This document shows, piece by piece, positions 1-8,671 of a stretch of 34,349 nt of DNA (its first letter is position 1; every line of letters begins with the position of its first letter). Position numbers and translations under genes: made by a program. The notes beneath the pieces were generated by a model. It saw nothing but the letters and a program-made list of their open reading frames with translations, did not search any database and was not told where the DNA came from. Source of the stretch: Candidatus Bipolaricaulia bacterium (GTDB lineage Bacteria > Bipolaricaulota > Bipolaricaulia > JBHIAT01); NCBI GenBank assembly GCA_046758705.1, contig JBHIAT010000016.1:1-34349 (forward strand), written 5' to 3'.

Positions 1-1794
1 CTGGTATAGCCCGGCGGCGCCGTAGTCACGGCGGAAGAAGCCCATGATGAACGCCGAAGTCGCCTGGGAGGGCAGACCAAACAGGCCCTCCACCACGGGG
101 CGTGCCAAAGCTTGAAACGCCGCTAGAATCCCGATCTTCTCCAGTGTAAACAGCGCCACGGTGCCCAAGACGAACAGCGGCACGACCTCCTTGACGTACC
201 AGACTAGCCGCAGTCGGGTCTTGGCCGCGATGTTCTTCCATTGGGGCCAGCGCAGCGGCGGCAGCTCCATGACAAACGCGGAGGACTTCCCCGGCAGAAG
301 TTGGGCGGCCAGGCGACCCACGATCAACATCTGCACGCCCACGGTCCCCAGCACGCCGATCAACACCCAGGATGAGACCGCCGCTGACATCGCCAACAGC
401 ACGGCCAACTGCGCCGAACAGGGCACGCCCAAGGCCAACAGCAGTGTGGCGATCACTCGCTCTTTGCGCGTTTCCAAGGTGCGCGTCGTCACCGTGGCCA
501 TCGTGTCGCAGCCCAACCCCAGGATCATAGGCAGCACCGCCTGGCCGCTGAGGCCCATCTTGCGGAACAGGCGGTGGGCCATGACGGTCAGGCGGGGGAG
601 GTAGCCGGAGTCCTCCAGGAAGCCGAACGCCAGGAAGAACGTGATCACAATCGGCAAAATCAGCGCCAACGAGTACGTCAACGCCATCGTGAACACGCCG
701 TACTCTCCGACGAGCAGATCTTGCAAAAACGGGACAGGCACGTAGCGCTCGGTCAGGGCGATGAGCGTAGGGTTGATGTACTGGCCGAAGGCCGTCCCTT
801 CCAGCCAACCCACCAACACCTGCGCGCCCAGATACCCCACGAACTGGTACATTCCGTAAAGCACGCCGAGTAGGATGAAGATACCCCACAGAGGGTGAAC
901 CGTCCAGCGGCCGAGACGCTCACCCCAACGGGGAGCGACCTCGCCGGAGACGCTCGCTTGACCCGCTGGATCTTCGATCCGGCGGAGCGAGATTCCCCTC
1001 AGAACTCGGCCTACGGTCTGCTGGCGTGCCAGGGCGATTTCGTAGAAGAGCCGTGGGGTTTCAGCATGGGCTTCGGCTAACAAGCACTTGATTCTCTGCC
1101 GTCCCTCCGGGGATAGGCCTAACTTCCCCAGCAGGGCTTGGGCATCCTGAGGTGAGAGTGCCAGGAGCAAGGCGGCCAGGCCACGCGCTTGGATGTGAGC
1201 TGGCACCACGGCCATATCCTCCAGCGCCGCGATGGTCGGCTCCAGCTCCGGGCCGTAGTCCACCCTGAGCCGGGGGGCCTGTGCCTGGGGTACCACCTCG
1301 CGCAATGCTTCCAGGCCCTCTCCCGTAGTGGCCACCGTCTCCACCACCGGGACATCCAACTGCCGGGCTAGCTCCGCCACCGAGTAGTCCAGCCCGCGGG
1401 CGCGGCGTTCATCGGCCAAATTTAAATCGAGCACCAGCGGAAGACCCAGTTCAACGAGCAGGATCAACAGCGTCAGGGTGCGCTCCAAGTTCTTGGCGTC
1501 GGCCACCTGAATCACCGTGTCCACGCCGCTGAACAGCAGCAGATCGCGCGTCACCTGTTCGGCCTGCGAGGCCGAGGCCAGGTTCACCACGCCAGGGGTG
1601 TCCAGCACCTGCCAGGTTTGATCACCGATCTGAGCGCTTCCCCGGTAGAGTTCCACGGTGGTGCCGGGGTAGTTGGAGCAGCTCACATAGCGGCCTGTCA
1701 GCCGGTAGAAGATCAGACTCTTGCCCACGTTGGGCTGGCCCACCAGGGCCAACGTCTTCGTCGCCGTCGCCGGGATGTTGAGCGCCTCAAGCAT
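1..1794 (-). CDS. feoB: Ferrous iron transporter B (3' end runs off the window)
   Basis: Not in the ORF track because there is no stop in the window. Manual translation from ATG 1794 gives GTPase motifs LALVGQPNVGKS, SNYPGTTVE, DTPG, and C-terminal FVMELPPLRWP and GFFRRDYGAAGL. The start overlaps the Rrf2 stop (ATGCTTGA). Confidence 0.95.
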   Translation of the reverse strand, partial: MLEALNIPATATKTLALVGQPNVGKSLIFYRLTGRYVSCSNYPGTTVELYRGSAQIGDQTWQVLDTPGVVNLASASQAEQVTRDLLLFSGVDTVIQVADAKNLERTLTLLILLVELGLPLVLDLNLADERRARGLDYSVAELARQLDVPVVETVATTGEGLEALREVVPQAQAPRLRVDYGPELEPTIAALEDMAVVPAHIQARGLAALLLALSPQDAQALLGKLGLSPEGRQRIKCLLAEAHAETPRLFYEIALARQQTVGRVLRGISLRRIEDPAGQASVSGEVAPRWGERLGRWTVHPLWGIFILLGVLYGMYQFVGYLGAQVLVGWLEGTAFGQYINPTLIALTERYVPVPFLQDLLVGEYGVFTMALTYSLALILPIVITFFLAFGFLEDSGYLPRLTVMAHRLFRKMGLSGQAVLPMILGLGCDTMATVTTRTLETRKERVIATLLLALGVPCSAQLAVLLAMSAAVSSWVLIGVLGTVGVQMLIVGRLAAQLLPGKSSAFVMELPPLRWPQWKNIAAKTRLRLVWYVKEVVPLFVLGTVALFTLEKIGILAAFQALARPVVEGLFGLPSQATSAFIMGFFRRDYGAAGLYQ

Positions 1795-2248
1795 GGGTGG
1801 ACCTTTCCAACGTCAAGCTCCGGGCACGCACCTCCTCCAGCAAATCGGCCAGCGTGACCGTTTCCAGTGCGACGCGCACTCGGCGGTCCACGACCTTCCA
1901 GGCGGCGCGGGTGGGACAATCTGTCTCCACGAGCTCCACGGTGCATGGGGCTGTCTCAGATGGGATCTGCCGCAGGCAGCTCACCGGGGCCAGCTCTTCA
2001 AACGCCTCCAGAACCTCACGCAGTGAGATCTCATCAGGTCTCTTCTCCAAAACATATCCCCCACCACGCCCACGCAGCGACCGCGCCACGTTCGCGACGA
2101 CCAGTTGCTGCAGGAGTTTCTTGACGAACGGCTCCGGCAGACCGCTCCGTTTCGCGATCCGGTGCGCCGAAAGCGGCCCTTGATCATAGTGCGCCGCCAG
2201 CTCCAGCGCCGCCCTCAGCCCGTAATCGCTCCGCTTGGTCAGCGTCAT
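1787..2248 (-). CDS. Rrf2 family transcriptional regulator (IscR/NsrR-like, 3 Cys)
   Basis: LTKRSDYGLRA start, S.RGRGGGY wing, three C-terminal Cys (VSCL, APCT, TDCP). Confidence 0.92.
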   Translation of the reverse strand: MTLTKRSDYGLRAALELAAHYDQGPLSAHRIAKRSGLPEPFVKKLLQQLVVANVARSLRGRGGGYVLEKRPDEISLREVLEAFEELAPVSCLRQIPSETAPCTVELVETDCPTRAAWKVVDRRVRVALETVTLADLLEEVRARSLTLERSTHA

Positions 2249-2283
2249 GATCTCTCCAAAATGGGACTGATGAAGTCCTATTT

Positions 2284-2346
2284 AGGTTAGCATCCCCCCT
2301 GACCCAGTGCAATGACGCTCATCACGCCTCAAGCTGACTGTCGTCA
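2284..2346 (-). promoter_or_regulatory. Class II Crp/Fnr-type promoter of rrf2-feoB
   Basis: Boxes TGACgctcATCA 2313-2324 and TGACtgtcGTCA 2335-2346, 22 bp apart. Extended -10 TGcTAACCT on the minus strand (hexamer 2289-2284), 23 nt from the proximal box. Confidence 0.7.
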
Positions 2347-2375
2347 TATCACCGGAGGGATTCCTATAAGTTGTT

Positions 2376-2936
2376 TTATGCATTTATCCGATAAATTTTG
2401 CCCATTTCTTTCGCTTTTTCGATGAACTTCGCCGCTTTCACCGGTTCAAACGGCAAGATTTCGCACTCAATCCCTTCTAAAGCGGGCGAATCCACGGCAG
2501 TAGTGACCAGCGCCAATGTGCCAGGCAACGCCAGTGGAGGTTCCGTTGTGGCCTCGGGTCGATACACCTCGATTTTGGGAAAGGCTCGGCTTTTGAAACC
2601 TTCTAACAGCAGGAAATCAAGCTGACACCCTTGAAAGTAACGGTTCAGGATATCCTCTGCCTCCCAGGACTTTTCGAGCTGTTCAATGTAGGCGACTTTC
2701 GTCGGACCCACCACCCCGACCGCAATCGCCCCTGCCCGTTGAAATTTTCTGCTATCGGTATCGTCACGGTCCATCTGAAAGCCGTGGTGCGTGTGTTTCA
2801 ACGCCCCGACGCGCAGTCCCCGTTGGGTCCAATGCGAAATGAGCCCCTGCATGAGCGTCGTCTTGCCCATGTTCTTATGGCCGATGATGCTCACCACGGG
2901 GCATGGGAATTTCGTCAAGACCGAGTCCATATTCAT
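2376..2936 (-). CDS. mobB: Molybdopterin-guanine dinucleotide biosynthesis protein B
   Basis: GHKNMGKTT P-loop, LKHTHHGF, DSRKF..AGA, LLEGFK...PKIEV. Confidence 0.92.
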   Translation of the reverse strand: MNMDSVLTKFPCPVVSIIGHKNMGKTTLMQGLISHWTQRGLRVGALKHTHHGFQMDRDDTDSRKFQRAGAIAVGVVGPTKVAYIEQLEKSWEAEDILNRYFQGCQLDFLLLEGFKSRAFPKIEVYRPEATTEPPLALPGTLALVTTAVDSPALEGIECEILPFEPVKAAKFIEKAKEMGKIYRINA

Positions 2937-3086
2937 GAGCCCCCTTCCTCAGCTTTGATCCAGACCGCCGAGTCGTGATCTTTACCATCGATTTTAATGA
3001 AGTGGAGCGAAGTTTTCTATATCTTCATCTTCACCGATCGGTTCCGAAGACGCTGATCATGGTCTGGGTACCGTTGCCCCTCAAGC

Positions 3087-3194
3087 TGACGTGACTCATC
3101 TCCCTCTTCAACACCGATCAAATTTCTCAATGAATAAAACCTCTCTTTCTCCATGACTACTGTCATAGACCCTTGGGAAGTTTAAACGAATAAT
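3087..3194 (+). promoter_or_regulatory. Crp/Fnr-type promoter of the molybdoenzyme operon
   Basis: TGACtactGTCA 3154-3165, then 23 nt, then AATAAT 3189-3194. Extra box TGACgtgaCTCA 3087-3098. Confidence 0.65.
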
Positions 3195-3234
3195 AGAGAT
3201 GATATCGGCCTATTGAGGCAAGGAGGCTTTTGAT

Positions 3235-4005
3235 ATGGAATTAGCTCAAACCAAAGCTGCTGCGGACCCCTTGGTCCAAATGCGCCAGGACCTGCAGCGC
3301 GCCCTGGCCAAGCCTGTGGAACAACGCAGCTGGGCGATGGTCATCGATATTCGCAGATGTGTGGGTTGCCGCGCCTGCGAGGCAGCCTGCATTCTAGAGA
3401 ACGTGCTCCCGCCCGGCGTGGCCTACCGGACGGTCCCCAGCGTCGAGTGGACTCATCCCCGCCTAGGGGAAGTCCGGCCGGTCTTCATGCCGGCCAACTG
3501 CATGCAGTGTGCCCGGCCCCCCTGCGTGGCGGCAGCGAACGCGGTCGTCCCAGGGAGCTTCAAGCAGCGGCCCGACGGGATCGTAACGATCGATTACGAG
3601 AAGGCCTATGCTCAGGGGAGAGAGGTTTTCGAGGCTGCGGCCCGTGCTTGTCCCTACCGCCAGGCGCTCTACTACGACGACGGCCGCTCCTGGACCGACA
3701 AACCTGATTGGACCCGGCCCACCTACGAATACAATCGGAAGTGGACCCGGGAAGAGGTCAGCGGTTCCCCCAGGAAGTGTCACTTCTGCCTGCATCGGCT
3801 GGAGGCGGGCATCCTGCCGGCCTGTGTGACAACCTGCATCGGCCGGGCCATCTACTTCGGCGACCTTAACGACCCGGAGAGCTTCGTCTCCCAAACCCTA
3901 CGGGAGGAGCACGCCCAAGTCTTAAGGATCCGGGAATATCGGGGTACTGAGCCTCAGGTCTATTACCTGAGCGACACGCCCAAGGAGTGCCAACGTTGGC
4001 ACTGA
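3235..4005 (+). CDS. Fe-S electron-transfer subunit (DmsB/ArrB/PsrB-like) with one cluster's ligands missing
   Basis: CVGCRACEAAC, CMQCARPPC, ACPY, KCHFC-x11-CVTTC, FGDLNDPES, GTEPQVYYL. RBS AAGGAGG. No Tat signal. Confidence 0.93.
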   Translation: MELAQTKAAADPLVQMRQDLQRALAKPVEQRSWAMVIDIRRCVGCRACEAACILENVLPPGVAYRTVPSVEWTHPRLGEVRPVFMPANCMQCARPPCVAAANAVVPGSFKQRPDGIVTIDYEKAYAQGREVFEAAARACPYRQALYYDDGRSWTDKPDWTRPTYEYNRKWTREEVSGSPRKCHFCLHRLEAGILPACVTTCIGRAIYFGDLNDPESFVSQTLREEHAQVLRIREYRGTEPQVYYLSDTPKECQRWH

Positions 4006-4031
4006 TGCCAAGCGAAGAAGGAGGTACAACG

Positions 4032-6620
4032 ATGCTCACCACCAAGATCTCTCGGCGCGGCTTCCTGAAGGCCACGGGTTTTGCCACCGCCGCCGCCCTG
4101 ATGGGAGGTATGCTGAAGGATGGGTCTGTTTGGGCCTTCCAGGAGGCTCCCGTGTTGAAGGAGGAGCTGAAGGAGATCATCCCGAGCGCCTGCTGGATCG
4201 GCAAGCAGGACTGTGGACTCTTCGCCTGGAAGGCGGAGGGGCGCGTCATCAAGTTCGAAGGGCATCCGGATGAGCCGCGCACCCACGGAGCCCTCTGCCC
4301 CAAGGGCCAGAGCCAGATCGCTTCGCTCTACGACCCCTATCGGGTGAAGGCCCCCCTCAAGCGGACGAACCCCAAGGGCCAACCGGGCCAGTGGATCGAG
4401 ATCAGTTGGGATCAGGCATTGAGCGAGATCGCGGCCAAGCTCAAGGAGATCAAGGAGACCGACATTCGGCGCTTCATCTGGCAGGTCGGACGGAAGAAGG
4501 CGAAGTATTGGCACCACGAGGCCTTTAATAAAGCGTTCGGCACCGTCAACAAGTACGGTCACGGGGCGACCTGCTCCGATGCGGGCTACCGGGCGGAGGA
4601 GTTGATCTTCGACCAGCACGGCTGTGCCGAAGTGGACTTCAAGCACTGCGAGTATTTCCTCGCTTGGGGCTGGAACATCACGCAGGCTGGCGGGCCACAC
4701 CTCTGCCAGATCACCTGGCCCCAGCAGATCATAGAAGCAAAAAGACGGGGCATGAAGATCGTTGCGCTGGACCCCCTGATCCGCGGGGGCGCCCACCTGG
4801 TCGATGAGTGGGTGTCCATCAAGCCCGGAATGGACCTGGCCTTCTGGCTGGCCATGGCTAACGTCTTGGTCGAGAAGGGTTACCTTGACGAGCCGTATCT
4901 GAAGAAGTTCACGAACGCCCCGGTGCTCGTAGGGCCGGATGGGCTGTTGCTCATCCAGGACGGCAAGGAGCTGGTCTGGGATCCCGCAGCCGGGCAGGCC
5001 TGGCCCCATGAGGAGGTGGCCGACCCCGCGCTCACCGGCACCTATGCGATCAACGGGGTGGAGTACAAGACAGCCTTCCAGCTGTACCAGGAACACATTG
5101 CCAAATACACGCCCGAGTGGGCGGCCGAAAAATGTGGCGTGGCCGCGGAAAAGATCCGTCAAATAGCCACAGAGTTCGGCGAGAAGGCCCAGATCGGGAA
5201 GACGATCACCATCGAGGGCGTGGAGGTTCCGTATCGGCCGGTGGGCATTGGCTTCTACCACGTGGTTCAGCAGGAGCTGGGCGCGATCGTGGCCTACGCC
5301 GCCTTCCAGGTGACAATGCTGGTGGGCGCGGTGGATGTGGCTGGCAGCACGCGGCCGCGCAAGGGCAAGGACACAAAGCCCGACGTGAAGCACCGCAAGA
5401 AGTGGATCGATTTGGCTATGCATCCCGAAAAGGTCAAAGAGATCCCCGATGGCCCTTCCCTCGACGGTACCAAGTTCTTCCCGATCAGCAGCGGTGGCTA
5501 CACGATCACCCCGCTGGTGCTCGCCAACCCCGAGAAGTACGACCTGCCCTACCAGCCGGAGCAGATGGCCATGTGGGTGCAGATGGCCAACCCCGTCATG
5601 TCCTCGATGCCCCAAGATGTGGTTATCCGGGGCTTGAGCCGGCTGGGGCTGATGGTCGTGGTCGACCCGTTCATGAGCGAGACGGCCGACTACTGCGCCG
5701 ACTACGTGCTCCCCGCGGCCACCATCGACAAGTACGAGGGACCGCTGAGCGGCTTCACCGGGTATGAGAAGGTCTCGCTGCTGCGGTTCCCCGTGGTGCC
5801 CCCGATGTTCGATTCCAAGCCCGACGCCGAGATTTACATCGAGATGGCCGAGCAGCTCGGGATCCTGGAGCAGTACGTCGAGGCGCTCAACGGGCAACTC
5901 AAGCTGAAGGAGGAGTTGAAGCTCGATCCGGCCCAGAAGCCCAGCCTGGAGGATGCGCTCGACCGCTGGGCGAAGAGCCAGGGCAAAAGCCTCCAGTGGT
6001 TTAGAGAGCACGGGGTCTTGGTCAAATCGATGCCGGTTCAGCAGTGGTATGCGTATCTTTGGGACCCACCGTACGGCGGGGTCAAGCACGCCTTCTACTC
6101 TGAGGTCCTGCTCCGCCTGGGCCGAACCGTGCGGGAGCGGGGCGTGAACGCACCCTACGTGCAGGACTACAACCCATTTCCCACTTGGCGGAAGCCGGCG
6201 ATGATGCAGTCGCCGCCGGAGTACGATCTAACCCTGATCAGCTTCCATAAGATCGAGCACAAGCAGTCCCGCACGGCAAACAACGTCATCCTCAACGCGA
6301 TGGACCCCATCAGCTACGTCCGCCTGCACCCGGAGACGGCGAGGGCGAAGGGCATCAGAGATGGCGATGAGGTCTGGGTGGAATCCCACAACGCCGTGAC
6401 GGGTGAGACCCGCCGGGTCAAAGGACGGGCTAAGCTCACCGAAGGCCTCATGCCGGGGGTGATGGCAATCGCTCATCACCATGGAAACTGGAGCCACCCC
6501 ATCACGAAGGAAAGGGATCAAGGCATCTCGCCCAACGTGATCTTCCCCTCGGGCGAGGGCTACGTCGGTCTCACGGGCGACCAGGCTTTCCAGGTGAAGG
6601 TTAAGGTGTCCAAGGCTTAA
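4032..6620 (+). CDS. Tat-exported Mo/W-bisPGD oxidoreductase catalytic subunit (DMSO reductase family; Arr/Arx/Psr/Anr neighbourhood)
   Basis: SRRGFLK Tat motif. FS0 region CWIGKQDC-x27-CPKG. Predicted Mo-ligand region HGATCSDAG. DPFMSETADYCADYVLP. C-terminal LHPETARAKGIRDGDEV. RBS GAAGGAGG supports ATG 4032 over the track's 3987. Confidence 0.93.
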   Translation: MLTTKISRRGFLKATGFATAAALMGGMLKDGSVWAFQEAPVLKEELKEIIPSACWIGKQDCGLFAWKAEGRVIKFEGHPDEPRTHGALCPKGQSQIASLYDPYRVKAPLKRTNPKGQPGQWIEISWDQALSEIAAKLKEIKETDIRRFIWQVGRKKAKYWHHEAFNKAFGTVNKYGHGATCSDAGYRAEELIFDQHGCAEVDFKHCEYFLAWGWNITQAGGPHLCQITWPQQIIEAKRRGMKIVALDPLIRGGAHLVDEWVSIKPGMDLAFWLAMANVLVEKGYLDEPYLKKFTNAPVLVGPDGLLLIQDGKELVWDPAAGQAWPHEEVADPALTGTYAINGVEYKTAFQLYQEHIAKYTPEWAAEKCGVAAEKIRQIATEFGEKAQIGKTITIEGVEVPYRPVGIGFYHVVQQELGAIVAYAAFQVTMLVGAVDVAGSTRPRKGKDTKPDVKHRKKWIDLAMHPEKVKEIPDGPSLDGTKFFPISSGGYTITPLVLANPEKYDLPYQPEQMAMWVQMANPVMSSMPQDVVIRGLSRLGLMVVVDPFMSETADYCADYVLPAATIDKYEGPLSGFTGYEKVSLLRFPVVPPMFDSKPDAEIYIEMAEQLGILEQYVEALNGQLKLKEELKLDPAQKPSLEDALDRWAKSQGKSLQWFREHGVLVKSMPVQQWYAYLWDPPYGGVKHAFYSEVLLRLGRTVRERGVNAPYVQDYNPFPTWRKPAMMQSPPEYDLTLISFHKIEHKQSRTANNVILNAMDPISYVRLHPETARAKGIRDGDEVWVESHNAVTGETRRVKGRAKLTEGLMPGVMAIAHHHGNWSHPITKERDQGISPNVIFPSGEGYVGLTGDQAFQVKVKVSKA

Positions 6621-6642
6621 GGGCCGTGAGGGGGCTGCAGCG

Positions 6643-7308
6643 ATGGTGCTGACCATAGGGCTTGGCAGGCAGGCGGCCAAGGTCTACCGCTTCCTCAGCC
6701 GAGCCTACCTGCAGCCTCCGGATCGTCCCTATCTTGAGGCCGTCGCCGCCTGGAGCGCCGAGCTTCTCGCGTGCCGTGAGCCCCTTCCCGAAGGGATCGT
6801 CTCGGCACTCGAGCTCATTCAGGAGGCCCTTAAACCGGGCGTTGAGAGGCGGTTGCGGGAGCTCCAGCAAGAGTACGTGCGCCTCTTCCGCGGCCTCTCC
6901 CCACACTATTCGCCTCCACCCCCCTACGAGTCGGTTTACCGAGAGGGAGCTTTGTGGGGCTTCTCGACGGCCGCCGTTCGGAGGAGATACCGGGAGTTCG
7001 GCCTGGAGTCCGGTGGAGATTTCAGCCGCGAACCTCCCGATCAGCTGGGGCTCGAGCTGCAGTTCATGAGCCACCTATGCGAGCGAGGGGCCCATGAGCG
7101 CTCCCAACACCTGTTGCAGGCGCAACACGATTTCCTTGTGGAGCACCTGTCATGGGTTGGAGCGTTTGAGGAGCGGGTGCGCTCGCATCGGCCCCATCCC
7201 TTCTACGAGGGCTTCCTGCGACTGACGGGGGCATGGCTCAAGCTCCACCGGGAGCATCTTGCCGCGTTCCAGAAGACGACCCGGAGCCTGGAGTCGGAAT
7301 CGGGATAA
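6643..7308 (+). CDS. TorD/DmsD family redox enzyme maturation chaperone
   Basis: EYVRLF, PPPYESVY, EPPDQLGLELQFM, FLVEHLSW. Directly follows the catalytic subunit. Confidence 0.92.
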   Translation: MVLTIGLGRQAAKVYRFLSRAYLQPPDRPYLEAVAAWSAELLACREPLPEGIVSALELIQEALKPGVERRLRELQQEYVRLFRGLSPHYSPPPPYESVYREGALWGFSTAAVRRRYREFGLESGGDFSREPPDQLGLELQFMSHLCERGAHERSQHLLQAQHDFLVEHLSWVGAFEERVRSHRPHPFYEGFLRLTGAWLKLHREHLAAFQKTTRSLESESG

Positions 7309-7391
7309 TTTTTGAGCAGGGCCGGTGGATGGGTGGGTGATATCTGCTTACCTGAATCATACTGAGACCGATCCTAGATCAGCCAATAGGA

Positions 7392-7454
7392 TGTCAAAAT
7401 TCATAGTCGGGGGTGATTTAGAACATAGCGGTTGGAGACGTGTGAGTTTATAGT
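7392..7454 (+). promoter_or_regulatory. Class II Crp/Fnr-type promoter
   Basis: Degenerate boxes TGTCaaaaTTCA 7392-7403 and TGATttagAACA 7414-7425, then 23 nt, then TATAGT 7449-7454. Confidence 0.6.
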
Positions 7455-7491
7455 GGGTTTAGTAGATCAAATACAAATAAGGAGACTCATC

Positions 7492-8490
7492 ATGAACAGA
7501 AGAAGATGGTATCTTGCCGGGATCGTGGTGCTGCTCTTAGCCGCTATAGGACTGGGATTTGCTTCTCAATCCCAGCAGGCGGGGAACGTGCTCACTGTGG
7601 TCAGAGTCACCTCCCCTCCAACCCTCGACGGGCGGATGGACGATCTGTGGGCTCAGGCTGACGCCATTCAGGTGCCCGTCTTCGCCGGAGCCAACATGGG
7701 ATCGACTACGGTGGCTCTGAAGGCCGTTTATACGGACGATGCGATCTACTTCCTCGCCCGTTGGCAGGATCCAACCCTGAGCCTGAGGCGGTTCCCCTGG
7801 CAGAAACAGGAGGATGGGAGCTGGAAACAGCTCACAACAAGCGCCGAGCACGACGAGAACACCTACTATGAAGACAAATTTGCCATCCTGTGGAACATCG
7901 ATAACTCCATCGCAGGCTTCAACCAGAGCGGTTGCATGGTGGCGTGCCACGTGGGTGAGGGGAAAGCCTATGGCAACATGCGTACCGCCTCGGAAGGAGA
8001 GCTCGGAGATATGTGGCACTGGAAGTCCGTCCGGACCGGACCGGTGGGTCAGCTGGACGACAAGTACCTGAATAATACCTCCCCCTCAGGACGCCACGCC
8101 GATCCCAAACAGGAGGGAGGCTATTCCAACAACGTCAACCAGGCCGGAGACCGACCCGCCTTCACTGCCGCCAGTCAACCGGTACCTCCATACTGGATCT
8201 ATGACGACGAGAAGACCCCGTTCATGGATATCTACCAGGTCGGGGATGAGATCGCCGGCATCATCGTCTCTCCCTTCGTGGGGGACCGCGGGGATGTGAA
8301 GGCGGAAGCGTACTACGAGGATGGCCTGTGGACTCTGGAGATCGGTCGTAAGCTGGCCACAGGCAGTCCGTATGATGCTCAGTTCGATGACCTGTCCGAG
8401 AGTTACTTATTCGGTGTGGCCGTCTTCGACAATGCACAGGTGCGGCACGCCTTCTCCGGCGGTGTTTACGAACTGCGGTTTGGCAGATAG
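7492..8490 (+). CDS. Exported ethylbenzene dehydrogenase gamma-like (EB_dh/DOMON) heme-binding protein
   Basis: Signal peptide, PTLDG...W, IYFLARWQDPT, YYEDKFAILW, CMVACH (Cx3CH), DMWHWKS, W.LEIGRKL.TG, FGVAVFDN. RBS AAGGAG supports ATG 7492. Confidence 0.85.
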   Translation: MNRRRWYLAGIVVLLLAAIGLGFASQSQQAGNVLTVVRVTSPPTLDGRMDDLWAQADAIQVPVFAGANMGSTTVALKAVYTDDAIYFLARWQDPTLSLRRFPWQKQEDGSWKQLTTSAEHDENTYYEDKFAILWNIDNSIAGFNQSGCMVACHVGEGKAYGNMRTASEGELGDMWHWKSVRTGPVGQLDDKYLNNTSPSGRHADPKQEGGYSNNVNQAGDRPAFTAASQPVPPYWIYDDEKTPFMDIYQVGDEIAGIIVSPFVGDRGDVKAEAYYEDGLWTLEIGRKLATGSPYDAQFDDLSESYLFGVAVFDNAQVRHAFSGGVYELRFGR

Positions 8491-8507
8491 ATAGAGACAA
8501 CGACGAG

Positions 8508-8545
8508 AAGGGTCCCTGTCTCGCACTTGGAGCAGGGACCCTTTC
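8508..8545 (+). terminator. Stem-loop, probable intrinsic terminator
   Basis: AAGGGTCCCTG...CAGGGACCCTT inverted repeat just after the stop at 8490. The U tract is weak. Confidence 0.6.
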
Positions 8546-8566
8546 CATTCTGAGAAACGCTCTCGA

Positions 8567-8629
8567 TGACCAATATCACCCGCTTGGCTGAACTAAATCA
8601 TAGCGCATCGACCATGGAGCACCTAACAT
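8567..8629 (+). promoter_or_regulatory. Class II Crp/Fnr-type promoter of the ccm cluster
   Basis: TGACcaatATCA 8567-8578 and TGAActaaATCA 8589-8600, then 23 nt, then TAACAT 8624-8629. Confidence 0.7.
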
Positions 8630-8671
8630 AGAGATTGGGAGTATCCAGAGGCCAACGGAGGCCGAAGTAAG

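Noticed and set aside
26-889. 287 aa minus-strand ORF and other short ORFs in 26-1946
   Set aside because: Alternative-frame or antisense shadows of feoB and the Rrf2 gene, whose frames carry the real motifs.
3963-6089. 708 aa antisense ORF
   Set aside because: Mirror of the molybdoenzyme gene caused by high-GC codon bias; no recognisable motifs.
4032-6620. Calling the enzyme arrA, arxA or psrA
   Set aside because: It lacks the (R/K)GRY and GRGWG signatures, the four-Cys FS0 motif and a PsrC anchor; no symbol assigned without phylogeny.
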